Shown piece after piece: positions 1 to 8,863 of a stretch of 64,000 nucleotides of DNA. How positions within the stretch are numbered: position 1 is the stretch's first letter; each line of letters begins with the position of its first letter. Origin of the DNA: an uncultured Actinomycetes bacterium (lineage in GTDB: Bacteria; Actinomycetota; Thermoleophilia; Gaiellales; JALYLC01); NCBI GenBank assembly GCA_963743275.1, contig CAVUPB010000011.1, positions 72,153-136,152 of the forward strand, written 5' to 3'. A program made the translations under genes and the position numbers. Below the pieces are notes generated by a model. It had not been told where the DNA came from. It saw nothing but the letters and a program-made list of their open reading frames with translations, and searched no databases.

Positions 1-95
1 GCAAGCCGGGCGACCGCCTCGTGCTCGACGTGGTCGACTCGGGGGGCCCGCGCCGCGTCGTGCTGACGCTCGCCCGGCGGCCCGCGAAGGCCTAG
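1..95 (+). CDS. 3' end of a gene running off the left edge (partial). The tail resembles the end of a PDZ domain.
   Basis: Open frame ...KPGDRLVLDVVDSGGPRRVVLTLARRPAKA with stop TAG at 93-95. Too short for a firm call. Confidence 0.3.
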   Translation, partial: KPGDRLVLDVVDSGGPRRVVLTLARRPAKA

Positions 96-1009
96 CGCGG
101 CTTGGCGAGCGACCAGACGATCGCCGCCGGAATGCCCTCGAAGGCCTGGCGGAAGGCCTCCGGCGCCTCGTTCCAGGCCGTCTCCTGCGCTTCGAACCAG
201 CCCTGGTTCGGGGGTGGCTCGAGCAGGTCGTCGACGGCGAGGCCGGCCGCGGCGAACGCGCGCAGGTAGTCGCCGTGGACATGCGGGTGGGCGCGTACGA
301 AGGCCCAGGCGCCGTCCTCGTCGACGTAGGCGGCCTGGCCGCCGAGGTGCACCATCGACGGATGGATGTCGGTGAGGATCACACGCCCGCCGGGCCGCGC
401 GGCGCGCGCGATCTCGGCGATCGGCCGCGCGATGCTCGCGCAGTGATCGAGGGCGAGGCAGCAGACGACCAGGTCGAAGCTCCCGTCCGCGACCGGCAGG
501 GCCTCCAGCCGGCCCTCGGCGAAGCGCGCCGCGGGCACGCGGCCGCGCGCGATCGCGAGCATCTCGGCCGTCGTGTCGACGCCGAGCACGTCATGCCCCG
601 CGGCGGCGAGCCGTGCGCTGACGCGCCCCGTGCCGCAGGCCGCATCGAGCGCGCGCCCGGGCGGCAGCGAGGCGAGCAGCGGCAGGAGGACGGTCTCCTC
701 GAGCTGGATGAGCGGATTGCCGGGCGCGTCGTAGGTCTTCGACCAGGCGGCGTAGCCCTGCTCGACGGTGCGCTCCGGGAATGCGACCGCCTCCGACAGC
801 CGGGCCTCCGGGCTCTCGACGAGGTCGCGGATCTCGGCCATGCGCCGCGCGGCATCCCCGTCGCTGCCGGCGATCGCGCCGCGCAGGAGTGCGAGGCCCT
901 CGATGCCGAGGAGGAGCTCCGCGAGCTTGGCCCTGCGCGTCATGGCGCGTATTCTCGGCGAGCAGGGGCAAAGCGGCGACGATCGGAGGCTGTCCCGTGG
1001 AAGATGCAA
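92..1009 (-). CDS. Class I SAM-dependent methyltransferase
   Basis: 305-aa ORF with TTG start. SAM-binding motif LDAACGTGRVSARLAAAGHDVLGVD, plus FDLVVCCLALDH and PGGRVILTD. Confidence 0.8.
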   Translation of the reverse strand: MHLPRDSLRSSPLCPCSPRIRAMTRRAKLAELLLGIEGLALLRGAIAGSDGDAARRMAEIRDLVESPEARLSEAVAFPERTVEQGYAAWSKTYDAPGNPLIQLEETVLLPLLASLPPGRALDAACGTGRVSARLAAAGHDVLGVDTTAEMLAIARGRVPAARFAEGRLEALPVADGSFDLVVCCLALDHCASIARPIAEIARAARPGGRVILTDIHPSMVHLGGQAAYVDEDGAWAFVRAHPHVHGDYLRAFAAAGLAVDDLLEPPPNQGWFEAQETAWNEAPEAFRQAFEGIPAAIVWSLAKPR

Positions 1010-1608
1010 CCGGCGGCGTCACGTTTCTCGGCGAACCGCCCCCGAGCGACGAGGTCGAGGCCGAGTACGACGTGTCCCGGCAGAGCGGCTTTGTCTACAA
1101 CTACATGCGGGCGTGGTGCTGGCGTCCCGATCTCAGCGCGGCGTTCCGGGTGCTGCGCCTCCAGGTGGGGGACGGCTCGGCGCTGACCGACGAGGACTTC
1201 GCCGTGCTCGTGACTGCGACGGCGGCCGAGCTCGGCGACTCCTACTGCTCGCTCGCGTGGGGTGCGAAGCTCGCCGGCCTGAGCGACGACGCGACGAGCG
1301 CCCAGGTGATCGCCGGCGACCGCGCGCCCGCGCTCTCCGAGCGGGCCTCCGCGCTCGCGGCCTGGGCGCGTCAGGTCGTCGCCGATCCCAACGCGACGAC
1401 GCCGGCCCAGGTCGCCGGTCTGCGCGCCGCGGGGCTGGGAGACCGTGAGATCTTGGAGGCGACCGCATTCGTGGCGTTCCGCCTCGCCTTCTCGACCGTC
1501 AACGACGCCCTCGGCGTCAGGCCCGACCGGCAGGTCGCCGAGGCCGCCCCGCCGCTCGTGCGCGCCGCCGTGAGCTACGGGCGGGCGCCCGCCCTCCTCG
1601 ACTCGTAG
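997..1608 (+). CDS. Carboxymuconolactone decarboxylase / AhpD-like family protein
   Basis: Trimmed from ORF 781..1608 to GTG 997, which is preceded by GGAGG (about 985-989). CMD-like sequence LTDEDFAVLVTATAAELGDSYCSLAWG...REILEATAFVAFRLAFSTVNDALG. Confidence 0.65.
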   Translation: MEDATGGVTFLGEPPPSDEVEAEYDVSRQSGFVYNYMRAWCWRPDLSAAFRVLRLQVGDGSALTDEDFAVLVTATAAELGDSYCSLAWGAKLAGLSDDATSAQVIAGDRAPALSERASALAAWARQVVADPNATTPAQVAGLRAAGLGDREILEATAFVAFRLAFSTVNDALGVRPDRQVAEAAPPLVRAAVSYGRAPALLDS

Positions 1609-1614
1609 CGGCGC

Positions 1615-1833
1615 TCACAGCACCCAGTCCGCGGCCAGCGAGCCCTCGCCGTTGGCGCGCTCGAGCATGCGATCGTGGACGTGGCAGAGCGGCAGCGGAA
1701 CGACCCGCCCGTCGATGGTGCATTCGCGCACGAGCGCCGCGTTCGCCTCGCAGCGCGCCCCACGGCGCGGGGCCCACGTGGGCATGTACTGGCCCACGCG
1801 CCCGGCGCACTGTCCCAACGGCTCGTCGGACAT
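1615..1833 (-). CDS. Small Cys-rich hypothetical protein (72 aa)
   Basis: ATG (MSDEPLGQCAG...) preceded by AGGAGA. Four Cys plus His could bind a metal. No family recognised. Confidence 0.4.
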   Translation of the reverse strand: MSDEPLGQCAGRVGQYMPTWAPRRGARCEANAALVRECTIDGRVVPLPLCHVHDRMLERANGEGSLAADWVL

Positions 1834-2024
1834 GGCGTCTCCTGTCGCCCGCCTCGAGGCTGTCGTCCGCCGCGGCCGAGCGATGCCGAGCCGGGGCTGA
1901 CTGCGATCGCCCAGGTGGCCCCGCCGGCCGCAGGGACCGGGCGTGCCGAGCATGGGGAGAGCCGAGGGATCAGCCGTCGAAGCAGCATCACCCTGGCACG
2001 AGCGTAGCACCCGCTCGCGCCCCG

Positions 2025-2450
2025 TCAGACGGGCTCCTCCTCGATCTGCACCTCTGCGGCTGCGAAGCGGTCCTCGGCGCGATCGAAGACGAAGATCTCG
2101 ACGACCACGTCGGGGTCGAACATGACCTGGCTCTGGTAGGTCAGCACCTTGCGTTCCGTGAGCCCCTCGATCATGTCGACGAGGCGGTGCGTCATCTCGT
2201 TCTCGAACTGCTGGCGGAAGTTGCGCACGAGGTCGGCCTGCCCGAACTCGAGCATCGTCTTCTCCGCGACGGTCAGCCCTTCGCGCATGACGATCAGGAG
2301 CAGATCGTCGAACATGTAGGACTTCGTGCTGATCGGGCCCTTGCCGAACGCGTCCTTCTGCATGCGCGCCATGTCGGTGGAGATCTGCCGCAGCAGGCTC
2401 TTCCCGTGATCGGCGTCCGCGGCTGGTGGCGGCGCGTCGGACGAGCTCAT
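2025..2450 (-). CDS. DUF2294 (MpsC-like) domain protein
   Basis: 141-aa C-terminal part of ORF 2025..3161 starting at MSSSD. Sequence LLRQISTDMARMQKDAFGKGPISTKSYMFDDLLLIVMREGLTVAEKTM is typical of DUF2294. Confidence 0.65.
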   Translation of the reverse strand: MSSSDAPPPAADADHGKSLLRQISTDMARMQKDAFGKGPISTKSYMFDDLLLIVMREGLTVAEKTMLEFGQADLVRNFRQQFENEMTHRLVDMIEGLTERKVLTYQSQVMFDPDVVVEIFVFDRAEDRFAAAEVQIEEEPV

Positions 2451-2675
2451 TGCATCGTCTCCTCGTCGAGTGCCTCGATCGTACGCCAGGCCCTGCCCGC
2501 GTGTAGTCTGGCGAGCGGTTGACGCTGCCTTGCGGCCGATTCTGCTGCTCTTCCCGGGCCTGGGTGCATCGACTCGCAGTCGGGGCGCTGGCGTTGGGTC
2601 AAGTTCTCCGCTGCCGGTGACGTGCGCGCCTCGCCGGTGGCGAAGGACGGCCTGGATCGGAGCGATCGGAACGGC

Positions 2676-3074
2676 ATGCAGGGCGAGACCGGCGGACCGC
2701 GCGACCCGGGCGGCGACAGCGCCGCGACGCCCGACAACGCGCGCGTCCTGCGCAACGTCTCCCGGGCGATCGTGGAGCTCTACAAGGAGCAGTTCGGGCG
2801 CGGCCCCGAGACGGTGAGCTCGCGCTTCGCCGGGTCCGACACGCTCATCACGCTGCTCGGCAACACGCTCACGCCGGTCGAGCGCACGATGCGCGACATG
2901 GGCGAGGGCCAGCGCCTGCGCGACATCCGCATGATGTTCCAGCACGCCACGGAGGCGAAGTTCCGGGCCATCGTCGAGGAGCTGACCGGGCGTCAGGTGG
3001 TCGCCTTCATGAGCGGCATCGACGTCGCGCGCGACGTCTCCTGCGAGGTCTTCACGCTCGCGCCCGAAGTCTGA
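2676..3074 (+). CDS. DUF2294 (MpsC-like) domain protein, a divergent paralog of 2025..2450
   Basis: ORF 2622..3074. Sequence VLRNVSRAIVELYKEQFGRGPETVSSRFAGSDTLITLLGNTLTPVERTM parallels the neighbouring gene. The start could be 2622 or ATG 2676. Confidence 0.65.
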   Translation: MQGETGGPRDPGGDSAATPDNARVLRNVSRAIVELYKEQFGRGPETVSSRFAGSDTLITLLGNTLTPVERTMRDMGEGQRLRDIRMMFQHATEAKFRAIVEELTGRQVVAFMSGIDVARDVSCEVFTLAPEV

Positions 3075-3122
3075 GAAGCTTCTGAGACGGGGCACGGCCG
3101 GTCGCCGGAGCGGCTCGCGTGG

Positions 3123-3467
3123 TTGAATAGGCCGGTGCAGGACGCGCCCGCCGACAAGCACGCCGACCTGCGCTCGCTGCTCGAAGCGTCGGTGCGATCC
3201 GGTGACGCCCGGGTCGCGCGCGCGGATCGCGAGCTCGCCTTCGACCGGCCCGAGTACCTCGCCGGCGCGCGCGGCCGCTACTGCGCGCAGGTCGCCCGCG
3301 ACGCCAACGGCGTCGGCGACGCCGACGTGGCGGCCCTGCGCGCCGAGGGTCTCGGCGACGTCGAGATCTTCGAGTACACCGTCGCCGCGGCTGTCGGCCA
3401 GGCGAGCCGCCAGCTGACCTCCGCGCTCGCGGCGCTCGGCGCGGCCCCGAGGAGCGAGCCGTCGTGA
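3123..3467 (+). CDS. Hypothetical protein, weakly CMD/AhpD-like
   Basis: 114-aa ORF. Its stop overlaps the next start (ATGA at 3464-3467), suggesting translational coupling. Confidence 0.45.
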   Translation: MNRPVQDAPADKHADLRSLLEASVRSGDARVARADRELAFDRPEYLAGARGRYCAQVARDANGVGDADVAALRAEGLGDVEIFEYTVAAAVGQASRQLTSALAALGAAPRSEPS

Positions 3468-4042
3468 TGCGCCTGCCCGCCGTGACCCGCGGCGAGAAGC
3501 TCGGGCACCGCGTCACGTTCGCATTGATCCGCATCATGGAGCGGCGCCGCGCGCCCGACGTCGTGCGCACGCTGATGTTCCGGGGCGAGTTCTTCGGCTC
3601 GAAGATGATGTTCCACGAGGTGATGCGGGGCCCCTCGCCGTGGAGCGTCGGCGAGCGCGAGCTCTTCGCGGCCTTCGTGTCCAAGCAGAACGAGTGCGAG
3701 TACTGACTGCGCGCCCACGGCGCGGTCGCGTCGCGCGTGTACGGCAGCCAGGTGCTCGACGACCGCCTCGCGCAGCTCGACGACGCCGACATCTCTGCGG
3801 AGGCGCGCGCCATGCTCCCGCTGCTCGAGAAGTTCACGCTGGAGCACGATGCGCTCGGCGAGGGCGACTTCGCCGGCGTGCGGGCGCTCGGCGTGAGCGA
3901 CGAGGCGATCACCGACGCCTTCTACGTCGCCTACCTCTTCAACATCATCAACCGCATGGCCGACGCCCTGCGCTTCGAGGTCGGCTCGCAGGACGACTTC
4001 GACAAGTCGACGAAGTCGCTGCTCGGCCGCGGCTACCGCTAA
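3464..4042 (+). CDS. AhpD/carboxymuconolactone-decarboxylase-like protein interrupted by an in-frame TGA (3704-3706) at the second Cys position of its CxxC motif. It is either a candidate selenoprotein or a nonsense pseudogene.
   Basis: ORFs 3464..3706 and 3737..4042 are in the same frame. Read-through gives ...FVSKQNECEY[TGA]LRAHGAVASRVYGSQ..., i.e. the family motif N-x-C-x-Y-C-x-x-x-H. The combined length of about 192 aa is typical for the family. Confidence 0.6.
3716..3739 (+). other. Candidate SECIS-like stem-loop 10 nt after the in-frame TGA
   Basis: CACGGCGCG-GTCGCGT-CGCGCGTG: 8 bp with one bulge and a 7-nt loop starting GU. GC-rich hairpins are common by chance in this DNA. Confidence 0.2.
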
Positions 4043-4067
4043 GGCGGCGGCGGCCACAGACCCGGCG

Positions 4068-5393
4068 TCAGCCCCCCCGCTGTGCCGCGAGGAAGCCCCG
4101 GTACCAGGCGAAGCTCCCCTTGGGCGTGCGCTCGAGGCTGGGGTAGTCGACGTAGATGAGACCGAAACGCCGCGCGTAGCCTTCCGCCCACTCGAAGTTG
4201 TCGAGCAGCGACCACGCGAAGTAGCCCTCCACCGGCACGCCGAGGAGGATCGCCTGTCGCACGGCCTCGATGTGACCGGCCAGGTAGGCCTGGCGCTCCG
4301 GATCGGCGACGCGTCCGTCGGGGGCGCGGACGTCGCGAAATGCGGCGCCGTTCTCCGTGACCATGATCGCCGCCGGCGCATAGTCGCGGTCGATCCGGGC
4401 GAGCACGCTCGTCAGGCCACCCGGCGCCACCTCCCAGCCCATGTCCGTGTGCGGCGCGTCGTCCTGGTCGACGAGGCGGTGGCCTCCGCCGGGTGTCCGC
4501 TCGATGACCTCGCGGCGGTAGTAGTTGAGGCCGAGGAAGTCGATCGGCGCGGCGATCTCGGCCATGTCGCCGTCGAGGACGGGGGGCATGCCGGGTCCCA
4601 GGCGCTCGACCACATCGGCTGGGTAGGCGCCGCGGAAGACGGGGTCGAGGAACCAGCGGTGGCGCTCGCCGTCGGCCTCGAACGTCGCGGCCGCATCGGC
4701 GGCGGACGCCGTCGCGGGCCGCATGTCGCTCACGTCGATCGCGATGCCGACGCGCGCCGCGGGCGCCAGGCTGCGAATCGCCTCGGCCGCCCGTGCGTGC
4801 GCGAGCAGCAGGTGGTGGCCCGCCGCGAGCGCGTCGCGGGACGAGCGCCGGCCGGGCGCGTGCTCGCCGTTGCCGTAGCCGAGCCAGGCGGCCACCCAGG
4901 GCTCGTTGACCGTGATCCAGTGGCGCACGCGGTCGCCGAGACGCCCGGCCACCGCGCCGGCGAACTCGGCCAGGGCGTCGGCGGTGGCGCGCTCGGGCCA
5001 CCCGCCCGCGTCCTCGAGCGCGACCGGCAGATCCCAGTGGTAGAGGGTCAGCAGCGGCTCGATGCCGTTTGCGAGCAGCTCGTCGACGAGCCGGTCGTAG
5101 AAGTCGAGGCCGGCCGCGTTGACGCGGCCGCGGCCCTCGGGGAGCACGCGCGGCCATGCGACCGAGAACCGGAAGGCGGTCAGGCCGAGCTCGCGCATCA
5201 GCGCGATGTCCTGCGGGTAGCGGTGGTAGAAGTCGCACGCGATCGTGCCGTCGTCGCCGCCGCGCACCTTGCCGGCCGTGCGGCAGAAGCGGTCCCAGAT
5301 GCACTCGCCGCGCCCGTCCTCGGCGATCGCCCCCTCGACCTGATACGCAGCCGTGGCCGCTCCCCAGAGGAACCCCGGCGGGAACGTCTGCAC
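4068..5393 (-). CDS. GH1 beta-glucosidase
   Basis: FPPGFLWGAATAAYQVEGA, acid/base ITVNEPW and nucleophile VTENGAAF. The ORF track extends to TTG 5465, but 5411-5445 is AT-rich and looks noncoding, so GTG 5393 (VQTFPPGF...) is preferred. The start is uncertain. Confidence 0.85.
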   Translation of the reverse strand: MQTFPPGFLWGAATAAYQVEGAIAEDGRGECIWDRFCRTAGKVRGGDDGTIACDFYHRYPQDIALMRELGLTAFRFSVAWPRVLPEGRGRVNAAGLDFYDRLVDELLANGIEPLLTLYHWDLPVALEDAGGWPERATADALAEFAGAVAGRLGDRVRHWITVNEPWVAAWLGYGNGEHAPGRRSSRDALAAGHHLLLAHARAAEAIRSLAPAARVGIAIDVSDMRPATASAADAAATFEADGERHRWFLDPVFRGAYPADVVERLGPGMPPVLDGDMAEIAAPIDFLGLNYYRREVIERTPGGGHRLVDQDDAPHTDMGWEVAPGGLTSVLARIDRDYAPAAIMVTENGAAFRDVRAPDGRVADPERQAYLAGHIEAVRQAILLGVPVEGYFAWSLLDNFEWAEGYARRFGLIYVDYPSLERTPKGSFAWYRGFLAAQRGG

Positions 5394-5404
5394 GGTGTGG
5401 AGCG

Positions 5405-5450
5405 GGCCGGTTACTGAATCGGTAAAGATACATGTGACATTACCCGGTGG
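5405..5450. promoter_or_regulatory. AT-rich divergent control region between the GH1 gene and lacI-family gene, with an operator-like inverted repeat
   Basis: CCGGTTACtgaatCGGTAAAGatacatgTGACATTACCCGG. A related CGGTAAAG...TGACAcTTAACCGG occurs at about 6612-6645. Confidence 0.35.
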
Positions 5451-5536
5451 CTGCACGCCGCGCAACGTCCCCAGCCCCTGTCATGGGCCCGCAGGCGTCG
5501 CTCCCCACCCCATCTGAACCGGACTAGGATGCGCCG

Positions 5537-6574
5537 ATGGCGGCCGACGGACGAGGACGCGTGACGATCAGGCACATCGCCGAGCGCGCCGGTGTCTCCA
5601 AGGGCGCCGTCTCGTACGCGCTCAACGGCCGGCCGGGCGTCTCGGACGACACCCGCGAGCGGATCCTGGCGATCGCCGGCGAGCTCGGCTGGTACCCGAA
5701 CCGCGCAGCGCGGGCGCTCTCGGCGGCGCGCGCGCAGGCCTGCGGGCTCGTGCTCGCGCGCCCCGCGCGGCTGCTCGCGCTCGAGCCCTTCTTCATGGAG
5801 TTCATCGCGGGCGTGGAGTCCGAGCTCGCCCGCCGCTCGGTGGCGCTGACGCTGCAGCTGGTCGAGGATCTCGACGAGGAGATCGCGGTCTACCGCCGCT
5901 GGTGGGGGGAGCACCGCGTCGACGGCGTCCTCATGGTCGACCTCCGCCTCGAGGATCCGCGCGTCGCGCGGCTCGCCGAGCTCGGCCTGCCCGCCGTCGT
6001 CGTCGGAGGGCCGCTGCCCAACGGCGATCTGGCGTCCGTCTGGCACCAGGAGGGGCCGGCCATGGTGGACGCCGTGCGCTATCTCGCCGCCCTCGGCCAC
6101 ACGCGCATCGCCCGCATCGCGGGCCCCTCGGAATTCGTCCACACGGCGATGCGCAGCGCGGCCTTCGACGAGGCCGCGCGCGAGCTCGGCCTCGTGCCCG
6201 AGACGATCGAGACGGACTACACGCCCGAGAGCGGCGCGCGCGCGACGCGGCGCGTGCTGTCGTCGCCCGCGCGCCCCAGCGCGATCGTCTACGACAGCGA
6301 CGTGCTCGCGGTCAGCGGGCTGGGCGTCGTCCAGCAGATGGGGCTGTCGGTCCCCGACGACGTCTCGATCGTGGCATGGGACGACTCGCTGATCTCGCAG
6401 GTCGTCCACCCGCCGCTCACGGCCGTGACGCGCGACATCCTCCAGTACGGCATGGCAGCCGGCCGTCACCTGCTGGCCGTGATCGACGGGGTCGCCGAGG
6501 GCGATTGCGAGACGCCGCGCGGGGAGCTCACCGTGCGCGGGAGCACCACCCGCCGCGTCGCCGCCCCGGCCTGA
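5537..6574 (+). CDS. LacI-family transcriptional regulator
   Basis: N-terminal HTH VTIRHIAERAGVSKGAVSYALNGRPGVSDDTRERI followed by a periplasmic-binding-protein-like sugar-binding core. Confidence 0.9.
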   Translation: MAADGRGRVTIRHIAERAGVSKGAVSYALNGRPGVSDDTRERILAIAGELGWYPNRAARALSAARAQACGLVLARPARLLALEPFFMEFIAGVESELARRSVALTLQLVEDLDEEIAVYRRWWGEHRVDGVLMVDLRLEDPRVARLAELGLPAVVVGGPLPNGDLASVWHQEGPAMVDAVRYLAALGHTRIARIAGPSEFVHTAMRSAAFDEAARELGLVPETIETDYTPESGARATRRVLSSPARPSAIVYDSDVLAVSGLGVVQQMGLSVPDDVSIVAWDDSLISQVVHPPLTAVTRDILQYGMAAGRHLLAVIDGVAEGDCETPRGELTVRGSTTRRVAAPA

Positions 6575-6611
6575 GAGGTTCTCAGCCCGAGGCGGGGCGC
6601 CGTTCCGTGAC

Positions 6612-6645
6612 CCGATTGCGGTAAAGCAGTTGACACTTAACCGGA
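6612..6645 (+). promoter_or_regulatory. Putative promoter/operator upstream of the GH-A glycosidase gene
   Basis: gCGGTAAAGcagTTGACActTAACCGgataag contains a TTGACA -35-like hexamer and an imperfect inverted repeat CGGTAAAG/CTTAACCG, similar to the 5405-5450 site. Confidence 0.3.
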
Positions 6646-6648
6646 TAA

Positions 6649-8758
6649 GTGGTGAACTTCAGCGCGATGCGACGCAGCATCCCCTCGCTCGACGGTTCGC
6701 CGGCGACGTTCGGAAACGCCCCCTGGATCGGCGCGAACTTCTGGTCGCGCAGCGGCGGGCCGCGCATGTGGCAGCGCTACGACGCCGCCGTCGTCCGGCA
6801 GGAGCTCGCGGTCCTGAGCGAGCACGGCTGCAACGTCACGCGCTCGTTCCTCTACTGGCCCGACTTCGTGCCCGAGCCCGAGCGGCTCGACGAGGATTGC
6901 CTCGAGCGCTTCGCGGACTTCCTCGCCGCCCACGCCGAGCTCGGCCTCGGCACCATCCCGACGTTCATCGTCGGGCACATGTCCGGCGAGAACTGGGATC
7001 CCCCGTGGCGTGCCGGGCGCGATCTCTACCGCGACGTCTGGATGGTCTCCCAGCAGGCGTGGTTCGCCGCCGAGATCGCCCGGCGCTTCGGGGGCCATCC
7101 CTCCGTGGCGGGCTGGCTGGTCTCGAACGAGATGCCGCTCTACGGCGGCCCGGCGACGAGCGAGGAGATCACCGCGTGGGCGCGCATCGTCGTCCAGGCC
7201 GTGCGCTCGGCCGGGGCGACCCAGCCGATCTCGCTCGGCGACGGCGCCTGGGGCGTCGAGGTCTCCGGGAGCGACAACGGCTACTCGCTGCGGCAGCTCG
7301 CGCCGCTCGTCGACTTCATCGGGCCCCACGTCTACCCGATGCAGGACGACGAGGTGCGCCAGTTCCTCGCTCCGGCGTTCGCGTGCGAGCTCTGCGCGGG
7401 CTTCGGCAGGCCCGTCGTGCTCGAGGAGTTCGGGGTGAGCTCCGACTTCGCGTCCGACGCGCACGCGGCCGACTACTACCGCCAGGTCCTGTACACGACG
7501 CTGCTCGCGGGCAGCCGCGGCTGGCTCGCCTGGAACAACTGCGACTACGACGACCTGCTGCGACCAGGACCCCTACCGCCACCACGTCTTCGAGATGCAC
7601 TTCGGGCTCACCGATCGCCACGGGCGCCCGAAGCCGCAGCTGCGCGTTCTCGGCGAGTTCGCCCTGCTCGTGCGCGAGCTCGCCGAGACCGGGTGGGAAC
7701 GCGTCGCCGGCGACGTGGCGCTCGTGGTGCCGGAGCACTTCGAGCGCATCCTGCCGTTCACCGAGAGCGCCTACCGCGGCGACATCCGCGACAACCTGCT
7801 GCAGGCGTACGTCGCCTCGCGCGAGGCGGACCTGCCGGTCGAGCTGCTGCGCGAGCGCGACGGCATCGCCGCCGGAGCGCGCCTCTACCTCGCCCCGAGC
7901 GCGAAGCTGCTGACGGCGCCCGGGCTTCTGCGCCTGCGCGATCTCGCGACCTCCGGCGCGACCGTCTACGTCTCCTACTTCGCGGGCAGCACCGGCAACC
8001 AGCGCGGGCCGTGGCTGACCTGGCTCGACGAGATCTTCGGCGTGCGCCATGCGCTGCGCTACGGGCTCGTCGACCCGATCGCAGAGGACGAGGTGACGTT
8101 CGAGTTCGTCGCGGGCGTGGGCGACATCGAGGCGGGTACCCGCCTCGCGTTCCGGGTCGGCGGCGAGCCCAGCGCGCGCTCCTACCTGCCCGTCGAGCCC
8201 GCCGGGGCCGAGGTCGTCGCGGTCGACGGGCACGGGCGCCCGGCGCTGCTCCGGCACGCGCTCGGCGCCGGTGCGACGTTCCTCTGCACGTACCCGCTCG
8301 AGCACTTCGCGGCGCGCACGCCGCACGCGAATCCCGAGAGCACCTGGCGCGTCTACTCGGCCCTGGCCGAGGCCGCGGGGGTCTCCCGGCCGGTCCGCGT
8401 CGACGACCCGCGCGTGCTCGTCGGGCGCATCGCCGTGCCGGGCTCCGTGCGCGCGGTCTTCGTCAACACCGCGGAGGTCGCCGTCGCGTGCGAGCCGATC
8501 CTGGAGACCGGCGTCGCGCTGCGGCTCGCTCCGGAGGGTCTGACGCTCGCGGCCCGCGGCGTGGCGGTCGTCGACTGCGACGGCACCCGCGCCGACGAGC
8601 CCGCGCCGGCGGCGCCGGCGCGTACGGACTTCCCGCACCCCGAATCTGCACGACTCCCCGATGCCGGAGCGCCGCGGCCGCGTGAGGATGTCTCGCTGTT
8701 CCGTTCGGCGGGGCCTGACGCCGCCGACGCGAGGGGAGGGATGCGCAGTCCCGAGTAG
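6649..8758 (+). pseudogene. Clan GH-A (GH5/GH42-like) glycoside hydrolase disrupted by a +1 frameshift near 7555-7562
   Basis: Frame 1 reads well up to ...LAWNNCDYDDLL (acid/base LVSNEMPLYG, nucleophile VVLEEFGVS), then becomes Arg/Pro-rich junk. Frame 2 continues DQDPYRHHVFEMHFGLTDRHGRPKPQL... to the stop at 8758 (ORF 7595..8758). Confidence 0.75.
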
Positions 8759-8863
8759 GCCGTTTCCGCTCACTTCCACGACGTAGGCCAGTTTGGTAGC
8801 GCAGTCCGCCGAGCCGCGATCCCGCGGTTCGCGTAGTCAACGGAATACAGGAGGATCACCGAC

